Below, piece after piece: positions 31,868 to 41,064 of a DNA stretch of 64,000 nucleotides. The notes beneath the pieces were generated by a model, which ran no database searches, was not told where the DNA came from, and saw nothing but the letters and a program-made list of their open reading frames with translations. Origin of the DNA: an uncultured Verrucomicrobiae bacterium (GTDB lineage Bacteria > Verrucomicrobiota > Verrucomicrobiia > Chthoniobacterales > JAFAMB01). Numbering within the stretch: position 1 is the stretch's first letter; each line of letters begins with the position of its first letter. Where the stretch lies: positions 1,728,001 through 1,792,000 of the forward strand of contig CAWIPH010000002.1 in NCBI GenBank assembly GCA_963837955.1, written 5' to 3'. The translations under genes and the position numbers were made by a program.

Positions 31868-32512
31868 TCATTCCGGGATCCGTGGATGACTCGAAGCGAA
31901 ACGCTCATAAGCGTCTTCATCAGCGATCATCGCGGCGAGCGCGGAAAGAATTGGTTCAGCGCGATAAAGCCCGCTGAAAATGGCGGTGTCATCGATCGCA
32001 CTGCGAATCACAAATGTGGGGCGTTGATCCAACTGCAGTTGACTGAACTCAGCAGTAGTCGCGCGAATTTCCTCTGTCGTTCCCGGATCCTCGAGATAGT
32101 GTTCGAATTTTGTGCGCTCGATCTCGCTGGCGGCCATCGCAATATCGAGCGCAACATCTTGACGCAAAATGTATCTTCCTTTGATCAGACCCTCGTTCTT
32201 TAGCGCTTCGAGTACTTCGGCTCCTTTCCCCAACTTTTCGGCCGCATGGATTAGCTTGCTTGGCAGCCACGTGGTTTGATGGCGTTTTTCGATCCAGTTA
32301 TGATCGAAGCGCCGTCCGGTCGCGGCCTCGCATCTATCATAATACCAACGTTCCTGTTCTAGGCCGGCGTCCATCGGTTTTCCCGCATTGATCAACGCGA
32401 TCTTACGAGTGATAGGCACCCGGGGCCCGTACTGTTCCCGAATTTTGGCCAAGACCTCATCGCCTAGCGCGCACCAACACGAGCAGACATCGTAGAAATA
32501 GGTCAGCTGCAT
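31868..32512 (-). CDS. DsbA/FrnE-like thioredoxin-fold protein
   Basis: YFYDVCSCWC motif and QRPTFVI cis-Pro loop. Confidence 0.8.
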   Translation of the reverse strand: MQLTYFYDVCSCWCALGDEVLAKIREQYGPRVPITRKIALINAGKPMDAGLEQERWYYDRCEAATGRRFDHNWIEKRHQTTWLPSKLIHAAEKLGKGAEVLEALKNEGLIKGRYILRQDVALDIAMAASEIERTKFEHYLEDPGTTEEIRATTAEFSQLQLDQRPTFVIRSAIDDTAIFSGLYRAEPILSALAAMIADEDAYERFASSHPRIPE

Positions 32513-32565
32513 AAGTTTAGATTAGCCAGAATTCGGCCTCTTTACCGCAGATTTTGGAAAACGCC

Positions 32566-32681
32566 GGCTTGTCCGACGACGTGTCCGACGAAGCCTCCTC
32601 GGTTATTTCGAACCATTACTAACGGTTGGCGAAGTCGGAAGCCTTCCGGAGTTTCAAACGACGGAGCGAAGTTGGAGAACG
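32566..32681. repeat. REP-like repeat (family C)
   Basis: TGTCCGACGAAGC...GCGAAGTCGGAAGCC..CGGAGTTTCAAACGAC.GAGCG.AGTTGGAGAACG; shared with 47525-47640 and, inverted, 57410-57475. Confidence 0.8.
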
Positions 32682-32694
32682 ACGTCACGCTCTC

Positions 32695-34086
32695 TCATGG
32701 TTTGTAAAGCAAGCTGAGCTCGATCCGGCGGGTTAGTTGCCAACCAGCAACCTCGCCATTTAGCACAACGCCGGGTAACGCGTATTGTCGAACCCGCAGC
32801 ACCTGAAATCCCACGTGTTCGATCTCGTTAGCGCTCAGGCCGAACCACTTCGGCCCAAGATTGTCATCCCAAAGTACCAATGTCTGGGAAGGCGCTTGTT
32901 GGAAGAATCTCAGGTTGCGTTCGCGATCTCCGGTCAATGCCGGCGCAGTGCTCAAGTCGTCATTGGCCTGAATGCACATCGCAACGTCGCTCCAGATGAA
33001 CAAACGAACGGCGCAACGATTCTGTTCGAACCAAGTGAGCATTTCGCGGATCGCAACGAAGTCGCGCGACCAAACCAGCGCGTCCAGGTAAAGAAACGAG
33101 ATCGCCAGCGAACCGCCTACGACAATAGATCCAATGATTGGCCGAGCGTTGCGAAACCACTCGTTTTTCCAGGAAGCCAGGGTGTTCCAGCCGACCAGAG
33201 TGATTATCGCGGTGGCGGGGGCAACCGAAACCATGTATCGCGGGTATCCGGCCTCGCCAAAAAGTCCGTAAGCGCGGAAAACGCTGTGCAGGAGAAAAAA
33301 TAAGAGGAAGGCGGTCGTGATTGCCACGTGTTTTTTGAGCCAGAGCAAGCGCAGAAGGCCGATCAGTAGAAGCATGACGAGCAGTGGACCAGCAAACTCC
33401 CAGGCGCGCTCCGAGTAACTCAGGATTGAGCCATGTCCATAGGTTCCGCGCTGCCAGGTTGTGGGCCAGTTATGCATGATGAAAAGCGGATCGCCGGTGA
33501 TGGCTAAGGCGGCGGTCCACCAGAGAACCAGGCCAGTGCCAAGTAGGAGAAGAGGAGCGAGAACGGCAAACCAGGAAGTACATCGATCGGTTTGCCAATG
33601 AGCGCTCAAGACCCAGCATCCCCAGAGCAGACAAAGGAACGCGCCCTCCGGACGCGCGAGCGGAAGCAGCGATGCGACGAGCATGCCCATTTTGACTCGA
33701 CCCCGCAAATGAAGTCGCAACGCGACGACAAAGATCAGCGCGAAGAGAGGTTCTGTCAGCAGATCGGTGAAAAGCTCGAAAAAACTGGGTTGAGCGAGAA
33801 GCAGGGGAACGACCAGCCAAGCCCGTTCGAGTCGCAGATCTTGGGCGAGTTTCCAGGTTTGCCAAGCGATCAACAGACCGATGGCGAGACCAAAAAATCG
33901 CGCTGCTTTAAACCCCAACAGAGCTGGTCCGGAAAACGCAAGCGTGTAAAGCGGGCGTGCCCAGACGTCCACAAAATAGACCGGGTCATGCCATGCGGCG
34001 CGAGCCATGGCAAAATGGTATCCGGAATCCTGTTCAGGAAATCCAGGGAACAAGAAGATCATGCTCGCGCCGAGCAACGCCATCAA
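32695..34086 (-). CDS. Multi-TM GT-C fold (ArnT/PMT-like) glycosyltransferase
   Basis: About 10 TM segments; acidic EQD loop after TM1; LTEPLF and RPE motifs; start uncertain. Confidence 0.65.
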   Translation of the reverse strand: MMALLGASMIFLFPGFPEQDSGYHFAMARAAWHDPVYFVDVWARPLYTLAFSGPALLGFKAARFFGLAIGLLIAWQTWKLAQDLRLERAWLVVPLLLAQPSFFELFTDLLTEPLFALIFVVALRLHLRGRVKMGMLVASLLPLARPEGAFLCLLWGCWVLSAHWQTDRCTSWFAVLAPLLLLGTGLVLWWTAALAITGDPLFIMHNWPTTWQRGTYGHGSILSYSERAWEFAGPLLVMLLLIGLLRLLWLKKHVAITTAFLLFFLLHSVFRAYGLFGEAGYPRYMVSVAPATAIITLVGWNTLASWKNEWFRNARPIIGSIVVGGSLAISFLYLDALVWSRDFVAIREMLTWFEQNRCAVRLFIWSDVAMCIQANDDLSTAPALTGDRERNLRFFQQAPSQTLVLWDDNLGPKWFGLSANEIEHVGFQVLRVRQYALPGVVLNGEVAGWQLTRRIELSLLYKP

Positions 34087-34392
34087 GACAAGAGCAATGC
34101 TCAGATTACGCGACTCGTTGGGACTATCGGAGTAATGGCGTGGTGGAGTAATGGAGTAATGGAGTGGTGGGGGCGACTGTCGTGTTTTGCGTTTTGGCTG
34201 GCTTGACCGTGAAACTTAGTCAGAGCGAGCTATTTAGCGCCACCACAAACCGCACTCGCTAACGCATTTCTGACGGATCGGAGCTGCTGTTAGTGCTCGG
34301 TCTGTTGGAAGCCAAGATCCGAACATTTTCTTTCGTCCCTGCGGGGCGGGGCATGTTTCTTTGATTTTTTTCCCAGCCCCGCGGTCGCGAAT

Positions 34393-34660
34393 GCGCGTCA
34401 ACATAAGGGCTTAGAAGCATGCGCAGAAGACTCGTCCCGGAGGCACTTAATGAAAGTAGCCCAGTACGAAGTGCTGGGAAATAATGCAAAAAGAGGCGTC
34501 CGTCCCGCCAGGGACGATAGAAGTGTTTTGGTTCCTGGTCCTCTCGTATGCAGCTTCACCAGCGTAAGGAGCCTCGATCGTCCCGTCCGGGACGGGTCGT
34601 TTTTTTGAACGCCACCCCAGCACTTCGTACTGGGCTAATTTCATTAAGTCCCTCCGGGAC
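34393..34660. repeat. REPIN-like long inverted repeat (family D)
   Basis: Arms GTCCCGGAGG.ACT.AATGAAAGTAGCCCAGTACGAAGTGCTGGG and its complement; spacer matches the reverse complement of the spacer of 52818-53130. Confidence 0.9.
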
Positions 34661-34690
34661 TAGACTTCCCTCGTTCCAAGCGTTTCCAAA

Positions 34691-34735
34691 TTATTTGACA
34701 GGAAGCAAATAATTAGTTGACTGGAGTCAATTAAT
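34691..34735 (+). promoter_or_regulatory. Probable MarR autoregulatory operator pair
   Basis: TTATTTGACAGGAAGCAAATAA and TAGTTGACTGGAGTCAATTA palindromes directly before the ATG. Confidence 0.65.
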
Positions 34736-35681
34736 GACCCCCATGAACACAGCGATAGATACCGAATTCGCTGAGCGAGTCGCGGCGGTGCGAGCGTTCA
34801 ACCGATTTTACACTCAGGAGATTGGGGTCTTGCATGAATCGCTTACGAAGAGCCCTTTTTCTTTAACCGAAGCCAGAATTCTCTATGAATTGATGCAACG
34901 CCAGGAACCGACGGCAACGGAATTGGGCGATCAGTTAGGTCTTGACCCTGGATATCTGAGCCGGATTCTGAAGAGTTTTGTTGAGCGAGGCCTGATAATG
35001 CGGAAACCGTGTGCGAGTGATGGACGGCAAGCCATTCTCAAAGTAACCGAAGCAGGCGCAAAGGCGTTCGCTGCGCTGAACCTAGGGTCGCAGAACGACG
35101 TCACGAGCCTGCTGAGTGGGTTGGCTTCGTCCGACCAACGCCAATTGATTGGGGCAATGGAAGCTATCAAAAGGCTTCTCGATGCTCCGAGAAAACCGGA
35201 TCGCTCTTTCGTTCTTCGCGCGCACCAGATCGGCGATATCGGTTGGATCGTTCAGCGGCATGGAGTTATCTACGCTGAAGAGTATGGTTGGAACGAGGAG
35301 TTCGAAGGTTTGGTAGCCAAAATTGCTGCCGATTTCCTTCAGGCTCACGACCCGAAGCGGGAGCGCTGTTGGATCGCTGAAAGGGAAGGACAAAACGTGG
35401 GGTGCGTATTCCTCGTCGGTAAGAGCCAGACCATCGCTCAACTCCGGCTTTTGTTGGTCGAACCGCGGGCGCGAGGCCTTGGAATCGGCGAACGCTTGGT
35501 GACTGAATGTGTACGGTTCGCGCGCCAAGCCGGATATCGAAAGATCGTACTCTGGACTAATGATGTCCTTACCGCCGCCCGCCGCCTCTACGAGAAGGCC
35601 GGCTTCCGCCTCACTCAGAAAGAACCACACGAGAGTTTCGGCGTAACCTTGGTTGGTGAAACGTGGGAATTAAAGCTCTAA
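34734..35681 (+). CDS. Bifunctional MarR-type HTH regulator / GNAT acetyltransferase
   Basis: RAFNRFYT..IG.L, SLTEARILYEL, DPGYLSRIL; GNAT LRLLLVEP.ARGLGIG. Confidence 0.92.
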   Translation: MTPMNTAIDTEFAERVAAVRAFNRFYTQEIGVLHESLTKSPFSLTEARILYELMQRQEPTATELGDQLGLDPGYLSRILKSFVERGLIMRKPCASDGRQAILKVTEAGAKAFAALNLGSQNDVTSLLSGLASSDQRQLIGAMEAIKRLLDAPRKPDRSFVLRAHQIGDIGWIVQRHGVIYAEEYGWNEEFEGLVAKIAADFLQAHDPKRERCWIAEREGQNVGCVFLVGKSQTIAQLRLLLVEPRARGLGIGERLVTECVRFARQAGYRKIVLWTNDVLTAARRLYEKAGFRLTQKEPHESFGVTLVGETWELKL

Positions 35682-35816
35682 GGATTGGATTCATCACAAG
35701 TTCACAGCGTCTTCCGTACGCGAGCCGGCCCCTTTGAGATAGATCGATTTCTCTAGACTTGATTTACGGTCTGTCGCAGAGGCATAGTGATCCTCCCTCC
35801 GAATGGAGTCGTTCCG

Positions 35817-36446
35817 ATGCTCTTCAAGTTGATCATCGCGACGGTGCCAAGTAGTTTGCGCGCCGAGTTTACAGCGAGTCAAACAGCGGCCTGGAGCGGG
35901 TTAGGCTCGGTACCCGGTTTTCTCGCGCAGGGAGGAGGATGGGAGACCAATCACCCTGACTGGGCTATCGTCATCGCCTACTGGAAGAACGAGCAATCCT
36001 ATGCCGACTTTATGCGGCAACAACATGACTCTTTTGCCGATCAGCAACGCGAAACGTATTCCCAGCTGCAGGTCTACTCAGGTCACGTAATCATGAACAT
36101 GAAAGAGGCCGATCCTAGAATCTTGATGAACGAAGCTGAGATTGTTCGGGTCACAGATCTTACGCTACTGCCAGACTCGTCGCCCATGTTTTTGGCCATG
36201 CAATTTGACGTTTGGCGCCCGGCGTTAGCCGGGGCCAGCGGAATACTGGGTAACACGGTCGCGCGCTTGGCCCGGCTCCCGGATCGTTTTGCAAGTACTA
36301 CATTCTGGCGAAGCACCGATGCCCTTCGCAATTTTTTGGAGAATCTTTACCCGGCGTTGAGTGCTCAGGCCAACCTGGAGAAGCACATAAAGGAAAGGGT
36401 GAGTTATCACGCCCGTCTGGAGCCGTCGTGGAGAGTGTTGGCGTAG
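35817..36446 (+). CDS. DUF4937-like tandem ABM (dimeric alpha/beta barrel) protein
   Basis: F..SQ..W......GFLAQGGGW, YW....Y..FM...HD; second similar domain. Confidence 0.6.
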   Translation: MLFKLIIATVPSSLRAEFTASQTAAWSGLGSVPGFLAQGGGWETNHPDWAIVIAYWKNEQSYADFMRQQHDSFADQQRETYSQLQVYSGHVIMNMKEADPRILMNEAEIVRVTDLTLLPDSSPMFLAMQFDVWRPALAGASGILGNTVARLARLPDRFASTTFWRSTDALRNFLENLYPALSAQANLEKHIKERVSYHARLEPSWRVLA

Positions 36447-36549
36447 TGAACGATTGAGCGGCTCCCAGGTGCGTGATAGTTGTGCCGCTTCCGGTCGGCG
36501 ATTACGCTTCACAACGTCTATGGCTTTCTCGAGAAAAAAAGGACTAGAG

Positions 36550-37572
36550 ATGAATGGAAGGGAGAAGGAGAAATACGAATCGCTGCCCGTGATCGCGATT
36601 ACAATGGGCGATCCGACCGGGGTTGGTCCGGAGGTGATCGCCAAGGCCTTAGCTCACAAAGAAGTGCATGAACGCTGTCTTCCATTTGTGGTCGGTGACT
36701 TGCAAAGAATGGAAACGGCGGTTCAAATCACGAAATCGCCTTTGCAGATCGAGCGGATCAACGGTCCTAACGAGATCAAGGCCGAGCCCGCCAAGATTTA
36801 CTGCCTGGGAGTTACTGAATTGTCCCCAGATCTTCCGTTCGGCAAATTGGCTGCGGAAGGCGGCGAAGCGGCCTACCGATATATAAAAAAGGCTGCCGAG
36901 TTGGCGATGGCGCACCAGATAGATGCCATTTGCACAGCTCCGCTCAATAAAGAAGCGATGCATGCCGCCGGACACAAGTTTCCTGGCCATACTGAGCTGC
37001 TCGCTTCGCTGACCGGGACGCCAGAGGTGTCGATGCTGTTGGTTACGCCGAAATTGCGGGTCGTGCATGTGACCACGCACATCGGGTTGCTTGATGCTGT
37101 GGCAAAGATTGAGCCCGGTTTGGTGGAGCGAACGATTCGACGCGGCAACGCGGCCATGCTGGACGCAGGAATCAAACGACCCAGAATAGGAGTTTGCGGT
37201 GTTAATCCGCACGCTGGCGAAAACGGGCTTTTCGGGAGGGGAGAAGAGGAACAGAAAATTGCGCCGGCCGTCGCCGCTTGTCGCCAGGAGGGGATCGACG
37301 TAGAGGGACCGTTACCGGCCGACACGCTGTTTTACCGAGCCGCAAGAGGCGATTTTGATTTAGTTGTGGCGATGTATCACGATCAGGGGCACGGACCGAT
37401 CAAGGTTCTGGGGATTGAGACAGGGGTCAATATTACTTTGGGATTGCCGGTCATTCGGACCTCGGTTGATCACGGTACTGCATTTGATATCGCCGGGACG
37501 GGCAAAGCCGATGAACGGAGCATGATTGAGGCGTTGCGTCAGGCTGCGGATCTGGCAACCGCACGCCGGTAG
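36550..37572 (+). CDS. pdxA: 4-hydroxythreonine-4-phosphate dehydrogenase family (PdxA/PdxA2)
   Basis: ITMGDPTGVGPE, TAPLNKE, GHTE, NPHAGE, AMYHDQG, RTSVDHGTAFDIAG. Confidence 0.93.
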   Translation: MNGREKEKYESLPVIAITMGDPTGVGPEVIAKALAHKEVHERCLPFVVGDLQRMETAVQITKSPLQIERINGPNEIKAEPAKIYCLGVTELSPDLPFGKLAAEGGEAAYRYIKKAAELAMAHQIDAICTAPLNKEAMHAAGHKFPGHTELLASLTGTPEVSMLLVTPKLRVVHVTTHIGLLDAVAKIEPGLVERTIRRGNAAMLDAGIKRPRIGVCGVNPHAGENGLFGRGEEEQKIAPAVAACRQEGIDVEGPLPADTLFYRAARGDFDLVVAMYHDQGHGPIKVLGIETGVNITLGLPVIRTSVDHGTAFDIAGTGKADERSMIEALRQAADLATARR

Positions 37573-37722
37573 GCACTTTGTTCTGTCCCCGATCGGTAGG
37601 GCGAAAGCCTGGTACGGTATCAGCCGTACCGGCTTGAGCCGTTCGTGCCTGTCCGCCAGCATTTCGAAATTTGGACGAAAGATTGGCAAAAGCCTAATTC
37701 CGGCTTATCGCTTGCGGACTCT

Positions 37723-38511
37723 ATGATCCGCGTACTCAATTTGGTGAAGCGGTACGGCGAAATTACGGCGGTTCGAGATGTCTCCTTCGAAGTAAAAGCG
37801 GGGGAGATTTTTGCATTCCTCGGGCCGAATGGCGCAGGGAAAACGACGACTATCAAGATACTGACGACCCTACTGAAGCCTACGAGCGGGATAGTCGAGG
37901 TGGACGGATTTAATCCAACTGTGCATCAGAGCGAAGTGCGCAAACGATTTGGGATTGTCTTTCAAGATCCCAGCTTGGACGATCAATTAACTGCCTTCGA
38001 AAACATGGATCTGCATGGCGCGCTTTACGGAGTGCCGAAGAAGGTGCGGAAAGAACGAATCGAACAGCTGTTGAGCTTGTTTCATCTTTGGGATCGACGG
38101 ACTCACCTAGTGAAGAATTTTTCAGGAGGGATGCGCCGGCGGCTGGAGATTGCTCGCTGTATGCTGCACACGCCCAAGATTATTTTCCTCGATGAACCGA
38201 CGCTTGGACTCGATCCGCAGACGCGGAATCAGCTCTGGACACACATTAAGCGACTGAACGAAGAGGAAGGCGTGACCGTCTTTCTGACGACGCACTACAT
38301 GGACGAGGCCGAGCGCATGGCCAACCGGATTGCGATCATCGATCATGGAGCAATCGTCGCTCAAGGCACGTTAACGGAGCTAACCGAGAAGACCGGGACC
38401 GATTCTTTGGAGGGGGCATTTTTGAAGCTGACCGGCTATTCAATTCGGGAAGAGGAACCTGGACAGATGGATCGGATGCGACAGATGGCCAAGATGTTTC
38501 GCCGCCGTTAG
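37723..38511 (+). CDS. ABC-2 exporter ATP-binding subunit (DrrA-like)
   Basis: GPNGAGKTT, FSGGM, LDEPT, TTHYMDEA. Confidence 0.93.
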   Translation: MIRVLNLVKRYGEITAVRDVSFEVKAGEIFAFLGPNGAGKTTTIKILTTLLKPTSGIVEVDGFNPTVHQSEVRKRFGIVFQDPSLDDQLTAFENMDLHGALYGVPKKVRKERIEQLLSLFHLWDRRTHLVKNFSGGMRRRLEIARCMLHTPKIIFLDEPTLGLDPQTRNQLWTHIKRLNEEEGVTVFLTTHYMDEAERMANRIAIIDHGAIVAQGTLTELTEKTGTDSLEGAFLKLTGYSIREEEPGQMDRMRQMAKMFRRR

Positions 38512-38553
38512 TCTTTCCTGATCTAAATAAGAAGACAGACTGCTAATCTGCGC

Positions 38554-39300
38554 ATGACCACGATCTACATTCTTTGGATCCGACAGCTGAAACGTTACGT
38601 GCGTTCGCGGACCCGCATCATTGCCTCATTGGGGCAACCACTCCTGTTTCTTTTGGGATTAGGATTCGGAATGGAGCCAGTTTTTCAAAAGGCCGGGCAA
38701 GGCAGTTATATTCAGTTTTTGGCGCCTGGCATCATCGGTATGACGCTGCTTTTCACATCCGTGTTCTCGGGTATGGAATTGATTTGGGATCGGCAATTCG
38801 GATTTCTAAAAGAGACCCTGGTGGCTCCGGTGCCACGGCTGCTCATCATGATCGGGCGCACTTTGGGAGGAGCCACCGTTGCCATAATTCAAGGGGTGAT
38901 CGTGATCTCAGTCTGTCTGATGGCTGGATTTCGGCCGTCGACATTCGGTCTGCTGCCATTGACCTTCCTCTTTATGGTGCTCATCAGCGTGATGTTCACC
39001 GCGATGGGAACAGCAATTGCCGCGCGGCTGTCCGATTTTCAGGGGTTCCAGCTCGTTATCAACCTATTGGTGATGCCGATGTTTTTCTTATCCGGCGCGC
39101 TCTTTCCCCTAAGAGATCTACCAGGGCCGTTAAGTTTCATCACTAGCATCAACCCGCTTTCGTTCGGCATAGACGGGCTGCGCTATAGTTTGACCGGGGT
39201 CACGCATTTCGGTTTCGCTGCCGACCTGCTCGCATTGATCGGGCTGACGATAGGATTGTTGGCGCTGGGAAGCTATCTGTTTTCGCGAATAGAACTCTAA
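38554..39300 (+). CDS. ABC-2 exporter permease (DrrB-like)
   Basis: 6 TM; DRQFGFLKE.LVAP, FLSGALFP, NPLS. Confidence 0.92.
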   Translation: MTTIYILWIRQLKRYVRSRTRIIASLGQPLLFLLGLGFGMEPVFQKAGQGSYIQFLAPGIIGMTLLFTSVFSGMELIWDRQFGFLKETLVAPVPRLLIMIGRTLGGATVAIIQGVIVISVCLMAGFRPSTFGLLPLTFLFMVLISVMFTAMGTAIAARLSDFQGFQLVINLLVMPMFFLSGALFPLRDLPGPLSFITSINPLSFGIDGLRYSLTGVTHFGFAADLLALIGLTIGLLALGSYLFSRIEL

Positions 39301-39307
39301 TCGCTAA

Positions 39308-39709
39308 CTAGCTACTTTGCCTCCGGGCCGCTTGCCGGGTATGGAGCCAGTCGTCAAGGTCGAGCAGAAGGTTAAAGGGATTTAGACGGAAGAGGCGCGC
39401 CCAATTTGCGATCCGACCGGAATCCTGGACTTTGGAGTTCTGCTGGATCCAGCGTGCGACTTCGTCGTCACTGGCTCCTGTTGCTACGAACTCTTTGAGC
39501 TTCGCCGGGTCGATCTCTGTGAATCTGAAAAAGACATGATCCAAAGAGCAATTGAAATGGTAGGACCCAGCTTTGCCGACCAGTTCGGCCCGGCACTTAT
39601 CCAGCGCGCGCGCGGCAAGAACACCGTAAGCACCGAGAGGAGCGCGCGGACTCCGTGGCGCAACCGTCGTCAAATCAGGAGCAAGTTTGAGCAATCGGTC
39701 GTCGACCAT
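39308..39709 (-). CDS. DUF5069 family protein
   Basis: DLT..APRSPR..LG....ARALDKCRA.L.G..GSYHFNC.LD. Confidence 0.8.
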   Translation of the reverse strand: MVDDRLLKLAPDLTTVAPRSPRAPLGAYGVLAARALDKCRAELVGKAGSYHFNCSLDHVFFRFTEIDPAKLKEFVATGASDDEVARWIQQNSKVQDSGRIANWARLFRLNPFNLLLDLDDWLHTRQAARRQSS

Positions 39710-39750
39710 GCCGCTGAATCCAGAACTTACTAAACACTAATCATTAACCA

Positions 39751-40221
39751 TCATTTCGCGGTTGCCACGATTCGTTCGGCCAATTCGCGGGCTTCCCGTT
39801 CCATTGGCGCGTTTTCGTAACCGTTCTTAAAAATCTGCATAACGTATTGCATGAGATAACTTTCGATACCAAGCTTCTCGTACTGCGCCGCATGCACATA
39901 TTCGTGCGCGAGTGTTGGGCGATCATTCGATCGATCCCCGCGAACGAAGATCCCGTAGCCAAAAGTAATTGCGACCGTCTGCGGGGTAATTAATTCAAGT
40001 TCGGCCGCGAGCTTTTTGATTTTCGGATGTTCCGGTTGAGGAATTTCCGGAACTGCTGATACGCGGATCTTTTCTGGTGCACTTACGCCGGCCGCCCTCG
40101 CATCGTTTAACTGGGCGGGGGAGAGAGCCACGCCGTGATCGAGCGCATACTTCTCTTGTGATTTGACCCATTCAAGCACCCGAGGGAGAAGCTGAGGAAG
40201 TTCCAAGAAAGGCAGGTTCAC
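39751..40221 (-). CDS. Small zincin-like protein (DUF4157-like)
   Basis: AITFGYGIF...LAHEYVHAAQY...Y...PMEREA (HExxH...E). Confidence 0.7.
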   Translation of the reverse strand: MNLPFLELPQLLPRVLEWVKSQEKYALDHGVALSPAQLNDARAAGVSAPEKIRVSAVPEIPQPEHPKIKKLAAELELITPQTVAITFGYGIFVRGDRSNDRPTLAHEYVHAAQYEKLGIESYLMQYVMQIFKNGYENAPMEREARELAERIVATAK

Positions 40222-40266
40222 TACTTTGCCAATCGCCCAAAGCCTTTGGAACGCAATCAGGAAAAC

Positions 40267-40298
40267 AAAAAAGCCCCTGAAAATCAGGGGCTTTTTTT
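40267..40298. terminator. Bidirectional intrinsic terminator
   Basis: AAAAAAGCCCCTGA-AAA-TCAGGGGCTTTTTTT. Confidence 0.85.
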
Positions 40299-40321
40299 AG
40301 ATTCAACTAACCAACAATCGG

Positions 40322-40912
40322 CTATTCGTTCTTTGCCTCGTGGTCGCCTTCTTTGATCGCATCCTGCTCGCTCATGTATTTACCTTGCTTGGTCTTGCCA
40401 TACCAACGCGAGCCCGCTTTGTGGTAGACATGAGATTCCGTGTTCACCCAGACCTGACCGGTACCGGGGACACCGACCGTTGGTTTCGGCGTAGCCGCGG
40501 TTACGGGCGCTGGAGTTGGTGACTTGTGGCCGAAGATGCCACCAAACAAACCTTGTGTCGGGGTTGCGGATGGAACGGGGGTAGGAGTCGCAGCAGCGAC
40601 GGGCGGAGGGCTAGGCGATTTCCGAGAATGGGATTTCGGAGTGCCCGCTGGTGTGGCGGTGGGAACCGCAACGGGAGTAGGAGTCGCAACAGCGACGGGC
40701 GGAGGGCTAGGGGACTTCCGAGCATGGGATCTTTTCGGAGTGCCTGCTGGTGTGGCGGTCTGGTCCGGAGTCGGAGCAGGCGTAGTGCTTGCTTCCTCCG
40801 TCTTTTTCGAGCGCCGATGTTTTGGACTGGCCGACGGAGTAGGCGTCTGCGCGTAAGCGATGGGAAGAGCCATGACCGCAGCCAACAACAGAAGCGAAAC
40901 GTACTTGCGCAT
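40322..40912 (-). CDS. Secreted Pro/Thr/Lys-rich repeat protein with small conserved C-terminal domain
   Basis: Signal peptide; TATPAGTPK..RKSPSPPPVA.ATPTP repeats; QVWVNTESHVYH..GSRWYGKTKQGKYMSE.DA...G tail. Confidence 0.75.
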   Translation of the reverse strand: MRKYVSLLLLAAVMALPIAYAQTPTPSASPKHRRSKKTEEASTTPAPTPDQTATPAGTPKRSHARKSPSPPPVAVATPTPVAVPTATPAGTPKSHSRKSPSPPPVAAATPTPVPSATPTQGLFGGIFGHKSPTPAPVTAATPKPTVGVPGTGQVWVNTESHVYHKAGSRWYGKTKQGKYMSEQDAIKEGDHEAKNE

Positions 40913-41002
40913 ACAAAATGCTTCTATCGTAAATTGCCTCGTATTGGCAACTGTGGAGTAAGTGGGACGGTCATTAAAGACGCTGGAGATGCGCCCAATA
41001 GC

Positions 41003-41044
41003 AAAAAAAGAGCGGCCAGAACTCCGTGGAGGAACTGGCCGCTC
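41003..41044 (-). terminator. Intrinsic terminator of the solute-binding protein gene
   Basis: GAGCGGCCAG/CTGGCCGCTC stem followed by T7 on the minus strand. Confidence 0.75.
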
Positions 41045-41064
41045 GGAACGAATTGGGAAACTGA

